In this document: positions 38,426-45,314 of the stretch, piece by piece | How the letters are laid out: each line of letters begins with the position of its first letter | Numbering within the stretch: position 1 is the first letter of the stretch | DNA from: Solirubrobacteraceae bacterium | GTDB lineage: Bacteria > Actinomycetota > Thermoleophilia > Solirubrobacterales > Solirubrobacteraceae | Direction: 5' to 3' | Assembly: GCA_036269095.1 (NCBI GenBank) | Contig: DATASU010000014.1 | Location: 27-64,026 of the forward strand | DNA length: 64,000 nt | Made by a program: the position numbers and the translations under genes | The notes under the pieces: model-generated | Databases searched by the model: none | Told to the model about the DNA's origin: nothing | The model's input: the letters and a program-made list of their open reading frames with translations, nothing else

Positions 38426-39388
38426 TCAGGCGGCGAAGCCGTAGAGCCGAGCGGCGTTTGTAGTGGCGACGGTCTGGGTGGCTTCCTCGCCGAGGGCGTC
38501 GCACAGTTCGGTGATCGGCTTCTCTGGGGCCATGGGAGCCGGCAGATCGGTGCCGAGCACGACGTTTTCCCGGCCGACTCGGTCTAACAGGAATCGGAGG
38601 GCGGCTGCGTCGTGGGTGATCGAATCGAAGATCAACTGTCCGCAGTAAGTCCACGGATCAACCGGTGCGGCTGCCAGCTCAGGACGCACGCTGCGCGCGT
38701 GCCGTAGGCGTCCCGCTTGATACGGGAAGAAGCCCCCCGCGTGGGCAAGCAGGATCTGAAGATCCGGATGACGGTCGAGCACACCGGCGCAGATCAGACG
38801 CTCAGCCGTCACCGTCGTCTCGAGCAGGTTCCCAATCACATTGTCCAGATGCCAACGCGTGAGTCCTGGATGAGGCTCGTTCTCGTAGGGATGAGGAAAG
38901 ACCACGATCCGAAGACGTGCGGCGGCGGCCCAGAACGGTTCGTAGTCGTCCTCATCGATGCGGCGACCGTCGATCCGTGTCGGCACCTCGACGCCCACGG
39001 CGCCCGCCTGCACCGCCTCCTCGAGCAACGTGACCGCCAGGTCGGGATGATCAAGCGGCACATGCGCCATCCAGCGCAGGCGCGTTGAGTCGGCTTCAGC
39101 CATTGCCGCGAGGCCGGCGTTGACAGCGCGCGACAGCGTCAGCGCCTCCTGCTCGCCGAGGCCCGTGAACATCAGCACCGGTGTAGCCGAGAGCACGGCG
39201 CCGTCGATCTCGATGGCTGAGAGCTGCTCCAGCTTGGCAGCCCCATCGAAGTTGACTGGGCGCATATTGATCGAGCTGCCGTTGAAGCTCACCCGCGGGC
39301 CGTCGAACGTTGCGCCGTATGCAGAGTCGGAGCGCAACAGCGCAAGCGCCTCGTTCGGGAAGGCGTGGTTGTGAACGTCGATACGCAT
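38426..39388 (-). CDS. Amidohydrolase-2, ACMSD-like (paralog 2)
   Basis: DVHNH, PHP, NVIGNLLETT, AHAGG, GTDLP; strongly similar to 26356..27327. Confidence 0.88.
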   Translation of the reverse strand: MRIDVHNHAFPNEALALLRSDSAYGATFDGPRVSFNGSSINMRPVNFDGAAKLEQLSAIEIDGAVLSATPVLMFTGLGEQEALTLSRAVNAGLAAMAEADSTRLRWMAHVPLDHPDLAVTLLEEAVQAGAVGVEVPTRIDGRRIDEDDYEPFWAAAARLRIVVFPHPYENEPHPGLTRWHLDNVIGNLLETTVTAERLICAGVLDRHPDLQILLAHAGGFFPYQAGRLRHARSVRPELAAAPVDPWTYCGQLIFDSITHDAAALRFLLDRVGRENVVLGTDLPAPMAPEKPITELCDALGEEATQTVATTNAARLYGFAA

Positions 39389-39393
39389 AACGT

Positions 39394-39420
39394 GTAGTAA
39401 CGCTAAACTACGTTGTAGTT
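39394..39420. promoter_or_regulatory. Motif copy plus palindrome in the divergent promoter
   Basis: GTAGTAACGCTA at 39394-39405 followed by aactac-gtt-gtagtt. Confidence 0.6.
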
Positions 39421-39447
39421 GGAGTCAATATACCTGAGGGATGGGTG

Positions 39448-40617
39448 ATGGCTTACCGAGGACATCTTGTGATCGATGCGGACGCTCACTACCTGGAGCC
39501 CGTCTACGAGATCGCGAACTACATGGACGAGCCCTGGGCAACGCGCGTGCGCAATGCCGGGCCGTCACGCTGGATTCTCAGCGGTCTTGGCGACCTCAAC
39601 GTCGAGGGGCGCATAACCCGCGATGACGAGGACTACAGCAAGCAGGCGCTCGACTACGACGGCTTGGGCGAGGGGGTCAGGAAGGCCGAACTTCTCAGAG
39701 ACGTCATGATCCGGATCGGAATCGACGCCGCGATCCTGCTCCCCAATCGGATGACGCACATCGGTCGCTACTCCGTTCGTGACTTTCCGGTCGAGTTGAG
39801 CAAGGGCTTCGTGCGTTACATGCTCGACCAGGTCGTGTCTCCCGAGCATGGGATGTACACGATGGCGATCGCGTGCTGGCAGGACCCGGAGGGCTCGGCC
39901 AAGCTGATTCGTGAGGTGGCCGATCACCCGGGCATTGTTGCGGTCGGGATCATGAGTGCCGGCGCGAACCCGCCCCTTGGAGATCCCCACTACGATCCGA
40001 TCTACCGCGCTGCGGTCGACCACGGCCTCCCGCTGGTCGTTCATTCCACGCCGGGGCTGAACCTCGTCGAGGGCGCGGACTATGCGAGCTTTCAGCGGCT
40101 GATCGAGTCGCATTCGCTCGGTTTCTCGTTCTCGAACCAGATACAGCTGACGAGCCTTGTGCTGGCGGGGATTTCCGAGCGCTTCCCCACCATGAAGATC
40201 GTGTTTGAGGAGAGCGGCCTGTTCTGGGTGCCGATGATGCAGTACCGGCTTGACGAGTACTACCTCAAACGTCGCTCCGAGGCTCCGCTGCTCAAGCGTC
40301 TGCCAAGCGAGTACATCCGCGAGCACTTCTATTTCGGCACCCAGCCGATTGAGGCGCCGAAGGATCAGCGTCACCTCGAGATGGTCTTCGACGCTGCGAA
40401 CGGCGCGGATCATTTCGTCTACTGCAGCGACTATCCGCACTTCGACTATGACGACCCGATCTCAATTACGAGGCTGCGCTTTCTCGACCGCGAGGACAAG
40501 GGCAAGGTGCTGGGTGGCAACGCAATGGAGATTTTCAACTTCAGAAAGGCCGGGATACAGCCATGGGAGAACATCTCGTCGGACGACTCGACGACATTCC
40601 AGAAGAGCACGGTCTGA
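39448..40617 (+). CDS. Amidohydrolase-fold protein, candidate dinuclear oxygenase (AibH/PtmU3-like)
   Basis: DADAH, VVH, FEESG, SDYPHFD; adjacent Rieske ferredoxin. Confidence 0.8.
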   Translation: MAYRGHLVIDADAHYLEPVYEIANYMDEPWATRVRNAGPSRWILSGLGDLNVEGRITRDDEDYSKQALDYDGLGEGVRKAELLRDVMIRIGIDAAILLPNRMTHIGRYSVRDFPVELSKGFVRYMLDQVVSPEHGMYTMAIACWQDPEGSAKLIREVADHPGIVAVGIMSAGANPPLGDPHYDPIYRAAVDHGLPLVVHSTPGLNLVEGADYASFQRLIESHSLGFSFSNQIQLTSLVLAGISERFPTMKIVFEESGLFWVPMMQYRLDEYYLKRRSEAPLLKRLPSEYIREHFYFGTQPIEAPKDQRHLEMVFDAANGADHFVYCSDYPHFDYDDPISITRLRFLDREDKGKVLGGNAMEIFNFRKAGIQPWENISSDDSTTFQKSTV

Positions 40618-40952
40618 TCGTCGAAATCTCTCGACGACAGGTAGGTCTCTTCCGCCGGGCCGAGGAGGTCTTCGCGCTGCAGGCGGTGTGTCCCCACCAG
40701 GCGGGCCCTGTCGGTCGAGGTGGCGTGTTTCCGCTTGGCCGTGCGGAGGTACGGGACGGGCGGCTGCGCGAGTGGCTCGATCCGGAGAGCCTGGTCGTGG
40801 CGTGCCCATGGCACGGATGGGAGTTCGACCTTCGAACGGGTACCTGCGTCGGTGACCCGTGCCGCGCGCTTCGGCGCTATGAGTCCCGCGTGAAAGACGG
40901 TGAGGTGTTCGTCACGCTGGATGGTGGCGCGGACGCCGCGGCGGACGCGTAG
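40563..40952 (+). CDS. Rieske [2Fe-2S] ferredoxin
   Basis: CPHQAGP...CPWHGWEFDLRTG; overlaps the upstream gene by 55 nt. Confidence 0.92.
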   Translation: MGEHLVGRLDDIPEEHGLIVEISRRQVGLFRRAEEVFALQAVCPHQAGPVGRGGVFPLGRAEVRDGRLREWLDPESLVVACPWHGWEFDLRTGTCVGDPCRALRRYESRVKDGEVFVTLDGGADAAADA

Positions 40953-40998
40953 CTCAGCCGCCGCTGCTCGCGACCAAACTTCGCTCGGCTAGCTCTGC

Positions 40999-41166
40999 TC
41001 AGGCGCGGAACGCGAGCAGACGCGGGACGTAGCGGCCCTTGGGGCCGTGATCCGCGAGATCGTGGTCCGCCGGCATCGTCGCCACGGCCTTGGTGTCCGC
41101 GGCGTCGGGATCCCGTTCTTCGGCGGACTCGAAGGACGCCCTGAGTTCAAGCGCAGCAGATGTCAT
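40999..41166 (-). CDS. Possible 55-aa small protein or gene remnant
   Basis: Manual translation MTSAALELRASFESAEERDPD...GRYVPRLLAFRA; below the ORF-track cutoff. Confidence 0.3.
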   Translation of the reverse strand: MTSAALELRASFESAEERDPDAADTKAVATMPADHDLADHGPKGRYVPRLLAFRA

Positions 41167-41397
41167 GCATCAATGATCGGATTTCGACACTGATTAGTCC
41201 AAGACGTAGTCAGTACTTCAGATATATGTCGAGACTATGAATCGGTGGTTCGGGTCGGTGCTGCTGCGTCTCGCGCGAAGAGCTTGAAAACGCTCGAGCG
41301 GGGCGCGGAGCGTGATCGGTGCGCCGGTTTGGACCAGGCCGGGATCGGCGTGATAGTCATCCGGCGTAATCTCTCCGGGCCGCGCTCAGATCTGGAA

Positions 41398-42150
41398 ATG
41401 GCGAACTCATCCTCTGGCGATTCAGTCACTGCTCGCGTGATTCGCGTGCTCGAGACCTTTGGCCCGAATCGGACGTCTCAGACGGTGAGCGAAATCGCTC
41501 GCCGGGCGAAGCTTCCGAAATCGACAGCCCATAGGCTGGTAAGCGACCTGGTCGCCGCGCAGCTGCTGCATCGAGCTGATGATCGGAGCGTGAGCGTGGG
41601 CCTCCGTCTTTGGGAGCTCGCGTCGCGTAGCTCACCTGCGCTTCAGTTGGGCGAAATCGCTTTGCCATTCATGGAGCAGGTGCAGAAGCGGCTCGGCGAG
41701 CACACCCAACTCGTCGTTGTCGAGGATGACAAGGCACTTTGTGTCGAGCGGCTCTCAGCCCCCGGCTCCGGCGAGAACCTCACGCGGATCGCAGGTCGGC
41801 TCCCGCTACATGCCTGCTCCTCCGGCCTGATCCTCCTGGCATTCGGCGACGGTGAGCTCCGATCTCGCGTGCTTGATGCGCCTCTTGAGCGGATGGCTCC
41901 GGAGACGATCACGGATCCGCAGCAGCTGTCACGACTGCTCCGAAAGATCAGAGGTGAGGGGTATGCGGTCGCACCCGGTTATGTCTCCGCGGTGTCGACG
42001 GGCGTCGCGGTCCCGATCCTCGACGGACTCGGGGGGGCGAGCGCTGCGCTGTCGGTTGTGCTGCCGCGCGACGCCGCTCCGGAGCCGGCGATCTTGGAGC
42101 TGCAGTCGGCCGCTCGCCGCATCGCCCACGCTGCGGTTCGCCTCGGTTAG
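41398..42150 (+). CDS. IclR family regulator (PobR/PcaR-like)
   Basis: SVTARVIRVLETF, VSEIARRAKLPKSTAHRL, GRLPLHACSSG, GVAVPI. Confidence 0.92.
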   Translation: MANSSSGDSVTARVIRVLETFGPNRTSQTVSEIARRAKLPKSTAHRLVSDLVAAQLLHRADDRSVSVGLRLWELASRSSPALQLGEIALPFMEQVQKRLGEHTQLVVVEDDKALCVERLSAPGSGENLTRIAGRLPLHACSSGLILLAFGDGELRSRVLDAPLERMAPETITDPQQLSRLLRKIRGEGYAVAPGYVSAVSTGVAVPILDGLGGASAALSVVLPRDAAPEPAILELQSAARRIAHAAVRLG

Positions 42151-42182
42151 CCGCGTCTGCTTGCGCTACCCGCGGCGAAGAA

Positions 42183-42203
42183 GCGTTCCATTCAATGGAA
42201 CGC
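42183..42203. promoter_or_regulatory. Perfect inverted repeat, probable IclR operator of pobA
   Basis: gcgttccatt-c-aatggaacgc, 10-bp arms. Confidence 0.75.
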
Positions 42204-42270
42204 ATCACACTGGACAAAGTTGACGGCCAGCAGACTGTGCCGCCATGCAGACGCGGTCGGGAGAGAGACA

Positions 42271-43443
42271 GTGACCGATACGCAGGTCGCGATCGTCGGT
42301 GCCGGTCCGGCCGGGCTTCTACTGTCGCATCTCCTCGCCCATGCTGGGATCGAGTCCATCGTCGTCGACAGCCGCAGCCGGCACGACATTGAGAGCACCG
42401 TGAGGGCGGGACTACTCGAGCACGGCACCGTGCAAGTGCTCGTAGACTCCGGTGCGTCCGATCGGGTGCTGGTCGAGGGGCAACGCCACGGCGGAATCGA
42501 ACTTCTCTTCGGCGGTCGCGGTCACCGCATTGACTTCGCCGAGCTGGTCGACCGAGGGGTCTGGCTCTACCCGCAGCATGAGGTTCTGAAGGATCTCGTC
42601 GCGGCACGTCTGTCCGCGGGACAGGATCTCCGATTCGAGACAGCCGTCACCGACGTGGACAGCGTTGACTCGGATGTCTCGATCCGAACCATCGGAGCTG
42701 ACGGCAGCCCCGGAAGGCTCACAGCCGACTTCGTGGTCGGCGCAGACGGCTCTCGAAGTGTCGTGCGCGCAGCCGTTTGCGGAAGCGTGACATCGGGCTG
42801 TTTCCGCGAGTATCCGTTCGCGTGGTTCGGGATCCTGTGTGAGGCGCCGCGGAGCTCCGAAGAGCTGATCTACAGCAACTCACCCCACGGCTTCGCGCTG
42901 ATCACCCAGCGGTCTTCCACCGTGCAGCGGATGTATCTCCAATGCGATCCGGATCTGGATAGCGATGCGCTCAGCGACGAGGAGATCTGGGGGCAGTTGC
43001 GCGAGCGAGTCGCGCCGCACGAGTTGATCGAGGGCCGCATCTTTCAGCGCGACGTCCTGCGCTTCCGCAGCTTCGTGGCCGATCGCCTGCGCAGAGGCCG
43101 GGTCGCCCTCGCCGGGGATGCGGCACACACGGTTCCTCCGACCGGCGCCAAGGGTCTGAACCTCGCAGTCGCCGACGTCGTCGTGCTGACCCATGCGCTG
43201 ACGGCGTTGCTTCGCGACCGTGATCAAAGCCTGATCGACGCCTACGAGGAGACTGTCTCCGGGCGGATTTGGAAGGCGCAGCACTTCTCGTGGTGGATGA
43301 CGCAGATGCTGCACACGGCCACTGACGCATCCGCGTTCGATCAACGCCGACAGCTCGGTGAACTTCAGACGGTCGTTGACTCTGAATCGGGGCGTCGTTA
43401 CCTCGCAGAGGCCTACACCGGCTGGCCGATGCCTGAACTTTGA
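42271..43443 (+). CDS. pobA: 4-hydroxybenzoate 3-monooxygenase
   Basis: GAGPAG, RAGLLE, YPFAWFGIL, GDAAHTVPPTGAKGLN, FSWWMT, LAEAYTG. Confidence 0.95.
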   Translation: MTDTQVAIVGAGPAGLLLSHLLAHAGIESIVVDSRSRHDIESTVRAGLLEHGTVQVLVDSGASDRVLVEGQRHGGIELLFGGRGHRIDFAELVDRGVWLYPQHEVLKDLVAARLSAGQDLRFETAVTDVDSVDSDVSIRTIGADGSPGRLTADFVVGADGSRSVVRAAVCGSVTSGCFREYPFAWFGILCEAPRSSEELIYSNSPHGFALITQRSSTVQRMYLQCDPDLDSDALSDEEIWGQLRERVAPHELIEGRIFQRDVLRFRSFVADRLRRGRVALAGDAAHTVPPTGAKGLNLAVADVVVLTHALTALLRDRDQSLIDAYEETVSGRIWKAQHFSWWMTQMLHTATDASAFDQRRQLGELQTVVDSESGRRYLAEAYTGWPMPEL

Positions 43444-43461
43444 GATGACGGAAGCCTTCGC

Positions 43462-43551
43462 TGGGATTTGAGGACTGTGGACAACGTGCAGGTATCTGGG
43501 GCGCCGAGCGTCGAGGAGCTTGCCGCACTTAGGGAGCTGGTGGGACGATGA
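43462..43551 (+). pseudogene. 3' remnant of a GctB/PcaJ-type CoA-transferase beta subunit
   Basis: WDLRTVDNVQVSGAPSVEELAALRELVGR*, stop overlapping the pcaH ATG (ATGA); the frame is closed upstream by the pobA stop codon. Confidence 0.55.
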
Positions 43552-44333
43552 GCACTGTTGAGCGAGGCGATGCGGGGGAGAGCGGGCAGGGTGAGGCCCG
43601 CCAGATCTATGATCCGGTGGCCGACACGCCTTCGCGTTATCGCCGTGATCCGGTGGGGGCGCATCCGCCGCTTGACTTTCCGCCGTATAAGTCGACGCAG
43701 TTGCGTTACCCCAAGCAGCCGTTGATCTACCTGCCGCACACGGTGACGGAGATCACCGGGCCGCAGCTTTCGGACGCGGTGCGGTTGGAGCGGGCCGACA
43801 GTGATCTCACGGTGCAGGGGGGTGGTGAGCCGATTGGTGAGCGGATCATCGTTTCCGGGCATGTGTATGACACCGAGGGCAAGCCGTTGCGGGGCACGTT
43901 GGTGGAGATTTGGCAGGCCAACGCGGCTGGGCGTTATGCGCATAAGTGGGATCGTTGGGCGGCGCCGCTTGACCCGAATTTCAGGGGTGCGGGGCGCACG
44001 CTGACGGATGACAATGGTCGCTATGAGTTCACGACGATCCGTCCTGGCCCGTATCCGTGGGGTAATCATTACAACGCGTGGCGTCCTGCGCACATTCATT
44101 TCTCGCTGTTGGGGCGGGCGTTCACGCAGCGTCTGGTGACGCAGATGTATTTTCCCGATGACCCGTTCTTTCCGTTTGACCCGATCTTTAACTCGGTGCG
44201 CGATGAGCAGGCGCGTGCACGGATGGTCTCGAGCTTCAACATTCATGAGACCAGGCCCAACTGGGCGCAGGCGTTCAACTGGGACATCTATCTGCGCGGG
44301 CCGGCGGCAACACTGTTTGAGGAGAGCTTCTGA
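43548..44333 (+). CDS. pcaH: Protocatechuate 3,4-dioxygenase beta subunit
   Basis: HPPLDFPPYKST, EIWQANAAGRY, PGPYPW.NH.NAWRPAHIHFS, RLVTQMYF. Confidence 0.96.
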   Translation: MSTVERGDAGESGQGEARQIYDPVADTPSRYRRDPVGAHPPLDFPPYKSTQLRYPKQPLIYLPHTVTEITGPQLSDAVRLERADSDLTVQGGGEPIGERIIVSGHVYDTEGKPLRGTLVEIWQANAAGRYAHKWDRWAAPLDPNFRGAGRTLTDDNGRYEFTTIRPGPYPWGNHYNAWRPAHIHFSLLGRAFTQRLVTQMYFPDDPFFPFDPIFNSVRDEQARARMVSSFNIHETRPNWAQAFNWDIYLRGPAATLFEESF

Positions 44334-44899
44334 TGATTTTTGAGGTCACTCCGTCACAGACCGTCGGCCCGTATTTCGCGATCGGGGTGCCGTTTGCGGG
44401 CGGCAACCTGATCGTGCCCGAGCACACGCCCGGTGCGATCCGTATCACCGGCACGATCTATGACGGTCGCGGTGAGCCGATCCCCGATCATCTGATCGAG
44501 TTCTGGCAGCCCGATCCTGAGGGGCGCTTTGCCGATATCCATGGCTACGGCGAGCAGTCGACGCTCGAGGGGTTCCGGGGGTTCGGTCGTTACGGGGTCG
44601 AGGACGGCGATGGCAGCTACTCGATGCTGACGGTCAAGCCGGGTCGTGTGCCGGGCCCCAACAACGGGCCGTTGCAGGCGCCGCACATCGACGTGACGCT
44701 GTTCGCGCGGGGGATGCTCAACCGCGTGGTGACGCGGCTCTATTTCGCCGACGAGGACGACGCCAACGCCGCCGATCAGGTGCTCGCGACCGTTCCGGCC
44801 GCGCGCCGCAATACGCTGCTCGCGCAGCCGACCGCGGACGGCTACCGCTTCGACATCCATCTCCAGGGCCCCGGAGAAACCGTCTTCTTCGCGATCTGA
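44333..44899 (+). CDS. pcaG: Protocatechuate 3,4-dioxygenase alpha subunit
   Basis: TPSQTVGPYF, QAPHI, FARG, TRLYF, QGPGETVFF. Confidence 0.96.
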   Translation: MIFEVTPSQTVGPYFAIGVPFAGGNLIVPEHTPGAIRITGTIYDGRGEPIPDHLIEFWQPDPEGRFADIHGYGEQSTLEGFRGFGRYGVEDGDGSYSMLTVKPGRVPGPNNGPLQAPHIDVTLFARGMLNRVVTRLYFADEDDANAADQVLATVPAARRNTLLAQPTADGYRFDIHLQGPGETVFFAI

Positions 44900-45252
44900 G
44901 CCGGAGACGCCGCGGCAGAGCACATCCGACAAGGCAAGAGCCGGATTGTGTTCCGCCAGCGTCCCCGGTTGCGGAGAGTTGGATCGGATGCGGGCCCTGC
45001 GCGGCCCGCATCCGGCCAACGCTCTCCCCGGGTCGAGATGTGCACGCTGGCCTCATCTCGGTGCACCCGCAGACGACGGCCCGATCGCGATCGCAGCAAG
45101 GTCCTCTAAGCGGTTCAAAACGGCGATTGCGCGCGCCCGGCGGAGGGGTGGTTCCCGTAGCCGACTCCAAGGCCGGCCGCCCGAAGGCCGACGTCGACGG
45201 GAGGACCCGATGCTCCGCTCGATCATTCGGTTTCACGCCTGCGGCAATCGCG

Positions 45253-45312
45253 GATAAACCAACATTTATCAGCAAGTTTACAGGCATCTGCATTTTTACG
45301 CTACCCTGTCGC
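45253..45312 (+). repeat. Right copy of the 60-bp direct repeat; intact mmpL promoter/operator
   Basis: gataaaccaacatttatcagcaagtttacaggcatctgcatttttacgctaccctgtcgc; TACCCT -10 seven nt before the mmpL ATG. Confidence 0.95.
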
Positions 45313-45314
45313 AC

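Larger units (their letters stand above)
11321..45312. mobile_element. ~34 kb catabolic genomic island bounded by direct repeats; no integrase recognised
   Basis: Flanking 60-bp repeats separate tetR from mmpL; visibly more A/T at third codon positions than the flanks (by eye, not computed); accessory catabolic content. Confidence 0.75.

Noticed and set aside
44900-45250. Possible pcaB remnant or mobile-element end
   Set aside because: No recognisable protein motif or terminal inverted repeat.
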